Origin: Antedon mediterranea
Lineage: Eukaryota; Animalia; Echinodermata
Length of the DNA stretch: 64,000 bases
NCBI RefSeq assembly: GCF_964355755.1
Contig: NC_092670.1
Span: 11,580,795-11,644,794, forward strand
Reading direction: 5' to 3'
How positions within the stretch are numbered: position 1 is the stretch's first letter; the number at the start of each line of letters is the position of its first letter. This document shows, one piece after another, positions 27,026-41,300 of the stretch. Under the pieces are notes generated by a model. The model did no database searches. It was not told where the DNA came from and saw only the letters and a program-made list of their open reading frames with translations. A program made the translations under genes and the position numbers.

Positions 27026-27339
27026 ATGAATGATGAATCTATTATGTTTTTTTTTTTTTTTTTTCTATTATACTGTATATTTTGTAAACATGTATACCTT
27101 GATGATTTGAAAACAAAAAGACAAAATGTGAAAAGCTTTTTATAGATTGATGATAAAAAAAAATGATGAAGGATAAGAAGGTTTAGGTTTAAGTGGTGAA
27201 GTGTTTTCATCAAAGCTTTCATATTATAGGTATATACCGTATATATGTAATTTGCACATTCTTACTGCATGTGGAATTTTGAAATGATAAAATGGTTAAA
27301 AAGAAAAAAAAAAAATGTCAAATTTTTTTAATGGATCAT

Positions 27340-28400
27340 TAAACACAAATGTTGTTAAATGATAATGTATGTATAAAAAAATAATAGAATAAATAATAAG
27401 TAAAAAAAAAATAATTGAATGAACCCACATAGGAAAAAAAATGAAACTTTGATGGGTTATACTGTAGATGCAAAAAAGGATAATCTGTTGGAAATAAATT
27501 TTGTAAACATTTAAAGATAAAAAAAATCAATGTTAAAGGATGAGGAAAATATAATGTTAACAGTAAAAAGTTAGTAAGTAATTAGTATAACCGAGAATAT
27601 GCATTGTTTAAATGAAAATATGTTTGCATAGATAAACCCAAAGAAAAATAAAATGGGACAAACCCATGGGATGGATTTATTAAACATAAACGTATTATAA
27701 TTGTATGAAATAAATATGCATGTAGATGAAAAAAAACCAAAAACAACTATGTAAGAAAAAATAAGCTTTGTTAATGAAAATGTGTTATAGATAATATGTA
27801 TAAAAAGAGGAAACTATGTAATCAATGTGGTTAAATGATAATGTATGTATAAACAAAATAATATATGGAAATAGTTTTTTTTTTTTTTTTTTTTTAAAGA
27901 AAATAAGTAAAAAAAAAAAAGTGGAATGAATCCACATAAGAGAAGAAAGTAAAAAAGTTAAATGAAAATTTAAGAAGTTATAGATGCAAAAAAGGATCTG
28001 CTGGTTTTGTAAACATTAAAGAACAAAAATATTAATATTAATGTTAAAGGATGAGAACAATATTATGTTAACAGTAAACATTTAGTAAGTAATGAGTATA
28101 ACAGAGAATATGCATTGTTAAATGAAAATGTGGTAGATGAAAAAAATCAAAAACAACTATGTAAGAAAAAAAATAAGCTTGTTAATGAAAATGTGTTACA
28201 GATAATATGTTTAAAAAGAGGAAGCTATGTAATCAATGTGATAATATGTAAACAAATGAATAAAACTCTTTAAATAAGTATATGTATACAGATGATTAAA
28301 CAAACATTGTAAATATAATGATATGTATAGTGTATAGTGAAAAATATATGTAAAGAGAACAGTGGTATGGAAATAAAAGTGGGATGAACCCACATAAGAT
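27340..28400 (+). repeat. Diverged internal duplication (about 0.5-kb period) in the LINE 3' UTR
   Basis: Blocks 27530-27622 vs 28041-28132 and 27725-27829 vs 28136-28240. GAATGAACCCACATA-like motif at about 27417, 27924 and 28383. Confidence 0.7.
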
Positions 28401-28412
28401 AAAAAAAAAAAA

Positions 28413-28612
28413 AACTTTATTAAAACTACAAATAACATATTCAAAGTCTGATTTAGTTTTTGGGGGACAATACATCTTTAATGTATTATTTTTATGTTAG
28501 TCCACCGCCGTCGGCGTTTCGATTTTTTATATTTTGTGAGCCCGCGTATTATACGTATGTGCCAAAATATTTATATTTTCGAAATTCGGTCTAGAACTTG
28601 CTTTAGATTAGA
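28413..28612 (+). repeat. Right copy of the 200-bp direct repeat
   Basis: Identical by eye to 6521-6720; begins directly after poly(A). Confidence 0.85.
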
Positions 28613-30114
28613 CAAATCTTGTCAATTAAAAGACTAATGACAACTGATTTCATAATAATAAATTTGTATTTACATTTATAATTTATCCAATTATTGTCTT
28701 AATTATTAGAAATAAACTATTTTTCTATAAATGATATCGAGTATCTACATGGTTGATACTAGAGTATGTTACATAAAAGTACTTGATAGATCATTTATAG
28801 TAATGTGCTTTAATAATATTGTTTTTTCTACCTCTCCCATTGAACCTTAACTCAACTTGCCCATATATGGACATGATGATGTCATATCACTACCATATTT
28901 AAGCATTTCACCACCATATTTGGGCACATCATCCTTTTTTTTTCCTAGTAGTTGACAGAGCTTAACCCAAACCATGTTTCTAATCCCTTTACAATTTAAA
29001 AAATATAATAAATTTCATTTAAAATTTGTTTATTTTTTCAAACTACACATCACTTACTGTACATCATGCAAAATTAAGCAAGCACAAAAGTTGTTCATAA
29101 ATATTTTATAATATTCTTTATAATTATTAATTCAATTGCATTTTTATTCTGAGGAAGACTTAGAAAAATACAAATTAAACATTGACTACATATTACTGTA
29201 TTTATAAGTATTTGTAATGAAAGCACTGGTCTATAATTCATTTAATAAAAGTTGTTGTTGTACATTCATAAAGTATCGTATAGAGTGCACTGCTAGAGAA
29301 GAGCAGGTTCAGATGAATTAAAACAGTTTCTAAATCAAGTGTACAAAAGGTAGGCATGACAATATAACTGTAATAACGCCTTGTCCACACTGGTATTTAT
29401 ATGCATATTTACCAAATAAAGGCCAATCCAAACGCTGGCTACAATTCACTCTGATTTAAATTAACTAAAACCAATTAATTTACCGACCACAGCCTGTCCA
29501 GTAAAATTGACCATGGTCCTGGTAAAACTAACCAAGTTGGTGTCCAATCCACTCCTTGAGTTCATGACCTTTGACATACACTTCAATCATAGTTGTTAAA
29601 ATCGTGATTAAATTTTGGTAAACATATGGTAAATCTAACCAGGCAATCTTTTCTAATTATCCAAGTGGGAAAGATCAAATTTACCATTAACTTGGGTAAA
29701 TATACCATTTTTAATTTCAGTGTGAACAAGCTTAAGTATACAATCGTTAAAAAAGTTGATAATGTGCAAATATGTAAAACAACGATAAGTTAAAAAAGAA
29801 TAGAACGGTGTCGGGTAAATATTATTTCAAACATAATTATAATACCCATTGCAATATTCACAATAATTTTAAACAAATTTACTGATTGTCCATTTAAATA
29901 ATTATTTAAAAATCTTACCTATATATAAACTTATCTTAGTGATAGATTTTTTTATATTATACAATTCAGGGAAAATCAATTAGATTGTCATACACAATTT
30001 AAAATTTCTTTTTCTACCTTGATTAAAAACACTATAAATTTTATTGTAAAAAATGTATACTGTATCAAAGCTTAAGAAGTGAGGTGAGTAGACCATTTTG
30101 GCTTTGTCTGAACT

Positions 30115-30918
30115 CATGCATTTCACATACTGTTTTACCAGTGCGAACATATCACATGTGATGCATTTCACATATTACCAGTGCGAACACATCACATGTG
30201 ATGCATTTCACATATTACCAGTGCGAACACATCACATGTGATGCATTTCACATATTACCAGTGCGAACATATCACATGTGATGCATTTCACATATTACCA
30301 GTGCGAACACATCACATGTGATGCATTTCACATATTACCAGTGTAAACACATCACATGTGATGCATTTCACATATTACTAAGTGTAAACACATCACATGT
30401 GATGCATTTCACATATTACAAGTGCGAACACATCACATGTGATGCATTTCACATATTACCAGTGTAAACACATCACATGTGATGCATTTCAGATATTACC
30501 AGTGTGAACACATCACATGTAATGCATTTCACATATTACCAGTGTAAACACATCACATGTGATGTAATTCACATGTTACTAAGTTTGTTTGTTTGTTTGT
30601 TTTATTAGTTTCTCCACACATTTAAAATAAAAGATAAAAATTACAAATTGCAAATAAGAAAATTACAATAAACAAAAAAAACATCAAAAATGTGCAGATG
30701 GAGGTCAAAATAAGTTGCGGACAACTTTAAGTCGTGACCACCAGTTAAAAAGGGTTAAAAATAAAAAAAAATAAAAAAATAAAAAAAAATAAAAATAATG
30801 AAGGTAAGTGCATAACACATCACATGTGATGTATTTCACATATTACCAGTGTAAACACATCACTCGTGATACATTTCAATTTTACCAGTGGTAATCACAT
30901 CACATGTGATGCATTTCA
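30115..30918. repeat. 40-bp minisatellite (about 12 copies, plus 2-3 more after an interruption)
   Basis: Unit GTGCGAACACATCACATGTGATGCATTTCACATATTACCA, containing the palindrome CATCACATGTGATG. Confidence 0.9.
30585..30804 (-). mobile_element. Short 3' fragment of a retroposon with an (AAAC)n tail, inserted in the minisatellite
   Basis: Minus strand ends AATAAAACAAACAAACAAACAA. TAAGT on both sides (30580-30584, 30805-30809). The satellite resumes after it. Confidence 0.6.
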
Positions 30919-31265
30919 TTGAGATATACTGTAGCGGGGTAAATTATAATTATTAGGAAGTCATTTCCTACAATTCAAATTACATCTTTGAAAATACTTT
31001 ATGCCTTGTCCTTTTTGCATTACTGTGAATGACAAAAACTCATCTTTCTACGAAACCACATCAGCCTATTCAACAAACGTGATTGAGATGGTTAAATGTT
31101 AACAACATGACGACCCCTTATATTCCGTCTCCCCAGCCTTGTGAGTTCCAAGTTCTATTGTTAACAACAATATCTCTTATCAACTTCTCCCCTGCCTTGT
31201 GAGTTCCAAGCTCCAATATTATTCCTTAATATCAGTTATCTGCCAGGTCTTGTAAGCATCAAATG

Positions 31266-32357
31266 TTAACAACATGATCCCTTACCACCTGTCTCCCCAG
31301 CCTCATGAGCATCAAGCTCTATTTTGTCTTTGTCTTGATCCCTATCTACTGGGTTTTCTTTATCATTTGTAAGAATCTAGAACAAAAAACAAATCTTTGT
31401 TAAACTTAAGGTAGTTCACCTTAATATGCAAATTAAATACAACAACATGCTAGTGTACAGTAAGCATAATCGTGTGTATCTAGACAAATGAGGTGTGCAG
31501 TAGGCCTATTAATTATAGGAAAATTATGTGATAGAACATTACATGTTCACCAATGTATTTTGTTTTGTGTTATACATATGGAACGCCATATGTGAAAAAA
31601 TATTTATATTTTCAAAATTCGGTCTAGATTACTTTAGATTAGTAAAATGTTGTCAATTAAAACAAAATGTGATGTGCCCATATAATATGGACATGATGAT
31701 GTCATATCACTACCATATTTGGCCATATCACACTTTTTTTTTCCAATTAGTTTGATAGTGTAGACAGAGTTTTTGATGCTTCTGAAATTAAAAAATAAAA
31801 TAAACTCCAACTTACTGATGTGACTAAAAAGCGTGCAGCTTCATCTATGTTGATATTTTCCTTAGCAGACGTTTCAAACCATCCAATGAAACCCTTTTCT
31901 TTACAATATTCATCCATTTGTGAATTATTTTGTACTAAGCCTTCCTTTGCTTGATCACACTATAATACAAAAATACAATAACATTTATATACAAATTCAT
32001 ATGAACTGCAGGGGTAGACTCGTGAAGTGAATTTCGCTAACACCTCTAGATAGTCGGAAATGGTACTCTCGCACATAATTCACGATAAAATGGCATCTGT
32101 CAATCAAATAACCGTTATTTTGTGTTGCAGTTAAAAGTTGCACAGTGATAACCGGTTAAATGGCGTTTGTTTTTAACCGTATTTATTTAACAGGTTACTG
32201 AAAATTGATCTTGTTTCTTCTGCCAAGAAATTAGGGTTAATTTATTCACACATGTATTAACCGGTTATTTTTTCATAGCAGAAAGGTAATTTCTACAAAT
32301 TTGATTTCGCTTTTTGGTTATCCGCACTTGGCGGATAACCTCTTGTTATTGTCAGGA

Positions 32358-32391
<34 letters not shown>

Positions 32392-35300
32392 CTATGTTAT
32401 TCTTCTTTCTTTCCCTGAATTTTGTTGGCAGCGTATCTCTAATTCTGGCAAACAGAAGATTGTGTAACTTTTTCATAAGATTGACCTGTAGCTGTAGATG
32501 TGCAGGACGTTTCGTTTTTTGACTTTAGAGTCGCGCAGCGTAAGTTACGCGCGATTTTGTGAATTTTGCGTATTTAACATAGATTGAAAACCAAAAAGCA
32601 ATTTTAATTGAAACTTGGCAAAAGTGTAATTTATATCATGCGCTAACTTTCTATGGATTTAAAATGGCACTTTTCCAAAAAGTTACGCGCACACGCGCAT
32701 TTAAAATTTCAAAATGCGAAAATTCAATTTCTAATCAACTTTCTACGCGTTTCAGGTCATTTTGAGCATTTCAAAAATTTCTACGCGTGCGCAATTTTTT
32801 TACGCGCGCGTGCGCACGTAGCGCAAAAACATCTTTTTTTTGCTTGATTTTTGTTTTTCCTGTCTTTTTTAGTAAATTTACCAACTTTCAAACAATTTCG
32901 ACTTAAAATCACGTCATACGAGCACGTAGAATTGAACAATTTGCGCGCGTTTTTGATGAAAAAGTTCAAAAATTCATGAAAATTATGCCTTTTTTAAAAC
33001 AGTCATAGATTGTAAACTACGAGGTGAACTTTTTTTAAATTACACATTCTGGAAGTTGATGAGTTGTAGATATCGAATCATGCATCGATATGGCTAACAG
33101 GACATAGTGACGTCATCGTATGGCCACTCAAATATAAAATATAGGATTTTTGTCTCTTTCGTCATAGCTCATCACATTTAATAGAGCGCATCTCCACTTA
33201 TCCTAATTCCATTTCCCCCCATTTTTTTATATTGTCTATGCCAATCAATTATCTTTCGCATGATATACCGTTTTTAAAATTGTGATGACGTCATCATGTC
33301 CAAAAGCGTCAATAACTTGGGCCACTTATTTTCACATATTCTTCACTGTATGTAGTACGTATACAATATATAGTGTATACTGTGTATACTTAGACGTGAC
33401 GTAAAATAGAGAGCGCACTAACATTTTTTCAATGGCATAATGGTTTTCTCTGCGCAATATTCTAACGTATGACGTGCACGTGGCGTTTGCTCTGCGGATA
33501 ACCTAACTCGTCCGTAGTGACGAGTTCAAATCTAGTTGCTTATTATATTTTGTACTGCCATTGAGATCCAGTCACTGATACCCACAGCATTGTCATTTTT
33601 CAGTAATTTGTCTTTAGATTAATATATAAAACGTACAATAACACTTTAGTTTGTGTCAAGTTTTATTTTAAATGTGTAAGCAATAAACAGCAGCTATAAC
33701 TAACTATACCAAACCAACACTACCACCATAAATGTTATATCTTGTTGCAGTAATAAAACATAATTTTTGGATCATTAAGAAACTAAAGGGTTGCGGGTGT
33801 CCATAAATGTTTATTTCTGCGTGGGCCTCAATTTATCTACATAATTCTGGAAGTAAAACCTAAAACACTCAATACTTGGGGTCTTTGCTCACTACGTTAT
33901 TCCACTGTAGGTAATTTTATCTTTCATATTTCATGTGTAATTTATTTTTTGTGGTCGAGTGCCAAACTAATCATGATAAAGATTCACAAAAAACTAAATC
34001 GAATACTGCAGCACCCGTGAGAATTACTATAGTAGAATAATCTACAAACCTTATTTGCTAGTAATACAACTGGTATATTACTGCCGTTTGGAAGTTGTAC
34101 TTTGCTATCCAGGTCATTTTTCCACTTAGCAACAGCTTCAAACGTAGACACCCTAGTTACATCGAATACAATAAAGGCACCTACTGCTTCTTTATAATAA
34201 ACACGAGTCATGTTGCCGAACCTTTCTTGCCCTGGAAAAGAAATTTAATTTGTAATATTTATTTATTTTTATGAGCTGAAGAGATTTTTTTTTCATACGC
34301 ATACAACAGCGAGTAAATCGCCAATTAAAGGATGGATAAACTATTCTATAATTTGTATTAACACTATTATTATTAAAATTATATATTAACACTAAAATGA
34401 ACAAAATTCTCAACAAAATATGTTTTAATAGATTAAATAAAATAGTATGTACAGTGAGATAAAGTATCGAGAGAGTTTAAAAAAAACAGAAACGTAATTA
34501 TGTTTCTGTACTGTTGGGACAGCCCCACACCAATGTCATATACAAAAGAATTTGCCATCATTTTATCTTAAAGAGTGGAAAAATGATATTTTGATCAAGG
34601 AGGTACGATTTTATAACTCCATGTTACGATAAAAATCAGTGTGTATGATAAAATACACAATTTAAAGTTCAATATTTTGCCTAGAATTTTGAAACATCTT
34701 TCAATTCATAAACATTCCCAGTATTTTAAATGTTAGGTAGGTTCTAAATTGTATTTCAACTTAATATTGGTAAAAAGATAAATATTTAGCACACATGGCG
34801 TTTCATCGAAATGACAACTGGTAGACTTTACATAAAAAAAAGACAATAAATACAGACTTGGGGCAAGTCTGTTAAAATGTGAGTAAGGCCTACTAAGCAA
34901 TAACAAAAATCAAACACAATGGAATCACATTGGAATGGAAGGCAAGCATTTCAACATGTTAATCACCACCTGCTATAGGCTACCTGCATATTCAACAAGA
35001 AACAACTGACAGGGCACACTCATAGATAGGAAACGTATTGTATTAAGCCTACCAGCAATGTCCCATAATTGTAATCGAATCAATGTGTCTGCATCCCAAT
35101 TGATAACCTTCAATGCAAAATCCACTCCAATCTAAATTTGTTTTGTTAAGTACAACAACCAATATATTTTACTTCCATAGTAAATTTAATGTAATTTAAT
35201 GCTGCATAGTTTAACTTGTAAAGACTGCATATTGGTTACAAAATAGAATTATTGTTTTTTTGGATAAATAATCATTTCTTATATTATTTTGTTGTATCTT

Positions 35301-38300
35301 AGAGAGAAACAAGCTTCAATAGGGGTTTTATTGTATTGTACGTAATTGGGTTGCGTCCTAGTGGGAACCAAGCTTTAATAGGGGTTGTATTGTATGTCAT
35401 TGGGTTGCGTTCTAGTGGGAACCAAGCTTTAATAGGGGTTCTACTGTACTGTACGTTATTGGGTTGCGTCCTAGTGGGAACCAATCTTTAATAGGGGTTC
35501 TACTGTACTGTACGTTATTGGGTTGCGTTCTAGTGGGAACCAATCCTTAATAGGGGTTCTACTGTACTGTACGTTATTGGGTTGCGTTCTAGTGAGAACC
35601 AATCTTTAATAGGGGTTCTACTGTACTGTATGTTATTGGGTTGCGTTCTAGTGGGAACCAATCTTTAATAAGGGTTCTACTGTACTGTACGTTATTGGGT
35701 TGCGTCCTAGTGGGAACCAATCTTTAATAAGGGTTCTACTGTACGTTATTGGGTTGCGTCCTAGTGGGAACCAATCTTTAATAGGGGTTCTACTGTACTG
35801 TATGTTATTGGGTTGCGTCCTAGTGGGAACCAATCTTTAATAAGGGTTCTACTGTACTGTACGTTATTGGGTTGCGTCCTAGTGGGAACCAATCTTTAAT
35901 ATGGGTTCTACTGTACTGTACGTTATTGGGTTGCGTCCTAGTGGGAACCAATCTTTAATAAGGGTTCTACTGTACTGTACGTTATTGGGTTGCGTCCTAG
36001 TGGGAACCAATCTTTAATAGGGGTTCTACTGTACTGTACGTTATTGGGTTGCGTCCTAGTGGGAACCAATCTTTAATAAGGGTTCTACTGTACTGTACGT
36101 TATTGGGTTGCGTTCTAGTGGGAACCAAGCTTTAATAGGGGTTCTACTGTACTGTACGTTATTGGGTTGTGTCCTAGTGGGAACCAATCTTTAATAGGGG
36201 TTCTACTGTACTGTACGTTATTGGGTTGCGTCCTAGTGGGAACCAATCTTTAATAGGGGTTCTACTGTACTGTACGTTATTGGGTTGCGTTCTAGTGGGA
36301 ACCAATCTTTAATAAGGGTTCTACTGTACTGTACGTTATTGGGTTGCGTCCTAGTGGGAACCAATCTTTAATAGGGGTTCTACTGTACTGTATGTTATTG
36401 GGTTGCGTTCTAGTGGGAACCAATCTTTAATAAGGGTTCTACTGTACTGTACGTTATTGGGTTGCGTCCTAGTGGGAACCAATCTTTAATAAGGGTTCTA
36501 CTGTACTGTACGTTATTGGGTTGCGTCCTAGTGGGAACCAATCTTTAATAGGGGTTCTACTGTACTGTATGTTATTGGGTTGCGTCCTAGTGGGAACCAA
36601 TCTTTAATAGGGGTTCTACTGTACTGTACGTTATTGGGTTGCGTCCTAGTGGGAACCAATCTTTAATAAGGGTTCTACTGTACTGTACGTTATTGGGTTG
36701 CGTCCTAGTGGGAACCAATCTTTAATAGGGGTTCTACTGTACTGTACGTTATTGGGTTGCGTCCTAGTGGGAACCAATCTTTAATAGGGGTTCTACTGTA
36801 CTGTACGTTATTGGGTTGCGTCCTAGTGGGAACCAATCTTTAATAGGGGTTCTACTGTACTGTACGTTATTGGGTTGCGTCCTAGTGGGAACCAATCTTT
36901 AATAGGGGTTCTACTGTACTGTACGTTATTGGGTTGCATCCTAGTGGGAACCAATCTTTAATAGGGGTTCTACTGTACTGTACGTTATTGGGTTGCGTCC
37001 TAGTGGGAACCAATCTTTAATAGGGGTTCTACTGTACTGTACGTTATTGGGTTGCGTCCTAGTGGGAACCAATCTTTAATAGGGGTTCTACTGTACTGTA
37101 CGTTATTGGGTTGCGTCCTAGTGGGAACCAATCTTTAATAGGGGTTCTACTGTACTGTACGTTATTGGGTTGTGTCCTAGTGGGAACCAATCTTTAATAG
37201 GGGTTCTACTGTACTGTACGTTATTGGGTTGTGTCCTAGTGGGAACCAATCTTTAATAGGGGTTCTACTGTACTGTACGTTATTGGGTTGCGTCCTAGTG
37301 GGAACCAATCTTTAATAGGGGTTCTACTGTACTGTACGTTATTGGGTTGCGTCCTAGTGGGAACCAATCTTTAATAGGGGTTCTACTGTACTGTACGTTA
37401 TTGGGTTGTGTCCTAGTGGGAACCAATCTTTAATAGGGGTTCTACTGTACTGTACGTTATTGGGTTGCGTCCTAGTGGGAACCAATCTTTAATAGGGGTT
37501 CTACTGTACTGTACGTTATTGGGTTGCGTCCTAGTGGGAACCAATCTTTAATAAGGGTTCTACTGTACTGTACGTTATTGGGTTGCGTCCTAGTGGGAAC
37601 CAATCTTTAATAAGGGTTCTACTGTTATTACAGTAGTAGTAGATTAAAAAAATAATATAATATTAATAATATTTTAAAAAGGATACTGTAGCTCTGTAAT
37701 GCTGTGAGAAAAACTGATGAACATATCGCTTTATGACACTAGTTTTACCAACACCTAAATCTCCTATCACCAACACCTTGTACAGATGCTCTCTCTTCTC
37801 ACCCGATGTTGACTGAAAAGAAAAAAAAAACAGATAAAAAGGTTGAGCCACACTATATCTTGTAAATGACTTTCAACATTTTAGTGACTAGCATACTATT
37901 ATTTCACCACAAAATTGCTGTATAAACAGTGGCATAACGCAGGTGTCTAGGCTCTTGGTTTAGGAACTCTAAGTGGCCCTTTAACGCTGGAAGCCTTGGG
38001 CATTTTTAACCGTTTGACATATTTTAATGCCTGTTTTTTTCAGCACTGCTCAGGGGCCCCCATTAGCTCCGGAGCCCCATTGGCTCGGGACCCCTGAGTT
38101 TAGCCAGTAAGCGCTCCTAACCTAGCACCACTGTGTATAAAACATCATGCAAAGCAACATTGGTATAAATTTCCCAGAGTGTGAGGCCACATGTTTAACT
38201 TTGTAATTGTAAATGATCTTACGTAGGAACGCTACATAATTTTATGTTTAGCGGGGATAGGCTTTACATCAAAATACCAAGATATTAAATGCATTCTCCT

Positions 38301-41300
38301 CTAGTCTTACCTCCATAGTAGTATCAACTTTTAAATCTTCGCAATTTTAAATATTAGAATCCACAACTAGCAAGTTAATTTGTCGGTGAAGGTTAAACAC
38401 TTAGTGTAATCACACTATTTAATAAAGTGTAAGGTAGTTTATGTAAGCAAAGGATTTGGACTTTGTCCAATACTTTGATTTAAGCATTTATATAACAAAC
38501 AACAATTATCAGCAATCAAACACTTTTCAATCACACCACAAAGTATCATCATATACGTACGTAAATTATTATATATCAATCCCTTTACACTTATCACACA
38601 AACACCAAGTTGAACTTGAAGAAGTCAACAGCATTGAACCGGGAATCTAACTCGGTGAAGTGTAAAACTAGTCACTAAGTCAAGTCACTGTCAACCCGGT
38701 GAGTGAACACCGGATCAAAGTTCTTATCCTCCGGGTTAGTCAACTTGAGGAAAAATGGAAATAAACAACTACGAATAAATCACTATGCCACATATTACTT
38801 TCTTTGCATGTTTTTTGGGTTTTTGTTTGCAAGATGTTGTCCACAATTTCATCAAGTAATTGTCCAGATTTTTTATGAATATTTATTTCAAGAAATTCAA
38901 TATTGATGACATAAAAAAAACGTATTAACATTTTGAAATGTTAAAAAACATGCTCATTAAAAAACATGTCGCTCTCTGCATTTTGCCAAATGTCTCTTGG
39001 TTACTTTCTGAGAACTTATCTATTTTCTTTTTTCCCCATTTTTTAACTTTTTATTCGTTAAATTAAATACAATTTAAACTGCCAGTGTGTATTACAGTAT
39101 TTACTTTTGTCTGAAATTAGTTTTAATTGCTTTTTTAAAAAACATTTCATTTTTAAATTTTAATTCAGTTGAAAATGTATTGTTATTTCCTTAAAAAAAA
39201 AAAACCATTATCTCGTTGAAATTGACTGATTGCATTTTACACAATCTAATGCCCTACGTTACGTTATTTTATTGGTTATCCGCACTTGGCGGATAACCTC
39301 TTGTTATTGTCAGGATCTTTTTTTTTCTCTTTCTCTTTTTTCTTCTATTTTCTTCTTTCTTTCCACGATTTTTGTTCGCAGCGTATCTCTAATTCTGGCC
39401 AACATATGATTGTATAACTTTGTCAAAAGATAGCCCTGTAGCTGTAGATGTGCAAGAAACTTTTTTTTTCGAATTTCGAGTTGCGCAGCGTAAGTTACGC
39501 GCAATTTTATGAATTTCAATGATTGATCATAGAATAAAAACTAAAAGTCATTTTGTATTGAAACTTGGTGAAAATTTAAGTCATAACATGCTCAAACTTT
39601 CTATGGATTAAAAATGGCATGTTTGACAGAAAGTTACGCGCGCACGCGCGTTTAAAATTTTAAAATGCGAAAATTCAATTTCTAATCAACTTTCTACGCG
39701 TTTCATGTCATTTTGAGCATTTCAAAAATTCCCACGCGTTCGCAATTTTTTTACGCGCGCGTGCGCACGTAGCGCAAAAACGTATTTTTTTTGCTTGATT
39801 TTTGTTATTTCAGCCTTTTCTAGTAAATTTATCAATTTTCAATCAATTTCGACTTAAAATCACGTCATACGAGCACGTAGAATTGAACAATTTATGCACG
39901 TTTTTGAAGAAAAACTTCAAAAATTCGTCAAAATTAGACATTTTTTTAAACAGTCATAAATTCTAAACTACGTGGTGAACTTTTTTAAAATTACATATTC
40001 TGGAATTTGATGAGTTGTAGATATAGAATCATGCATCGATATGGCTAACCGGACATTGTGACGTCATCGTTTGGCCACTCGAATATAAAAATAGGATTTT
40101 GTTCTCTTTCGTCATAGCTCGTCAAATTTAATAGAGCGCATCTCTACTTATCCGTATTCCATTTCACTCAATTTTTTTATATTGTCTAGGTCAATCAATT
40201 ATCTTTCGCATGAGTTAAAAATATTTAAATTGTTATGACGTCATCATTTCCAAAAGCGTCAATAACTTATTTTCACCTATTCTGCACTGTCTTTAGTACG
40301 TATACAATATATAGTGTATACCGTATATACTCAGACGTGACGTAAAATAGAGAGCGCACTAACATTTTTTCAATGGCATAATCGTTTTTCTGCGCGCAAT
40401 ATTCGAACGTATGACGTGCACGTGGCTTTTGGGCTGCGGATAACCTAACTCGTCCGTAGTGACGAGTTCAAATCTAGTATTTTTTTGTTGTTGTAGGATG
40501 CATGCATGTAAGAACTAATCAGATTTTGTAAATCCACAGTGCGTGGTTTTTTTACATTTTTTGGGAATAAAGTTACCTATATACAGTATATAATGCCCTA
40601 CAAAGAACAAAGAAGGCATATTAGTATTTTGGTTGTTTTTAACATTTTCTTCCTCATTGTAGCACAAGGCAAAATTTCAAGTACTATAGTGAGTTTACTG
40701 TACTTTAGTAAAGAGTAATCTAACAAATTACTACTTAATTTTAAAAAAAGGTTTTCAACTTCTTTTTAAAAATGTTTATTTGAAATGATCTAACTAAAAA
40801 ATATCTCAATTAATATATGTTTGTTTACACCCGACACTATGTATAATATCAAGACGACTCATCTCGTCGGGATTCAAATCAGACAGCACCGATGAGTCAA
40901 GAAGTTTCATCAGGCCTCATCATATGATGTTGTCCGAGTTGGCCTTAACTAAACAAGGGAAACTGTTATTTTTCCAGTGGAGTGAAAGTAAAATAGGTTG
41001 ATTTCAAAACAGTTTAACCAATCAAATACTATCCTTACTTACTAGTGAATGGAATTGTTGACTATCTTCGTTTTCTATTTCCATCATCATATCGTAAGCA
41101 TAAAAAAGAAGTATATAATATATTGAAATTTAATCCAAAAAATACGCTGACGAAGAGACAAGTTGTTATGCCATACAGTTTGGCTGCAAACTACCAGGTA
41201 ATTTGTCTTTCTCTATGCTAATAATTGCGTTAATTCTAGATGGCGGCATGAAAATCAACATTATGAATTACTATCATCTACCAGCATAAATCAAATTAAC

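Larger units (their letters stand above)
6721..28412 (+). mobile_element. 5'-truncated Tx1/L1-like LINE (ORF2 C-terminus, about 1.4-kb 3' UTR, poly(A)); own sequence is 6721-7131, 19540-19794 and 27032-28412
   Basis: zf-RVT-like segment FNFKLLHRILPTNERLHRW...CDTC...KHMLVEC...LW. The frame continues across the first palindrome insertion (IIRAVS/IHIPVFSFKRLLF...KKIRNM, stop 19724-19726). Poly(A) at 28401-28414 directly precedes the right 200-bp repeat. Confidence 0.85.

Noticed and set aside
35325-37625. Regular array resembling a CRISPR locus
   Set aside because: No unique spacers, no cas genes, and it lies in a eukaryotic intron; it is a minisatellite. The same applies to 30115-30580.
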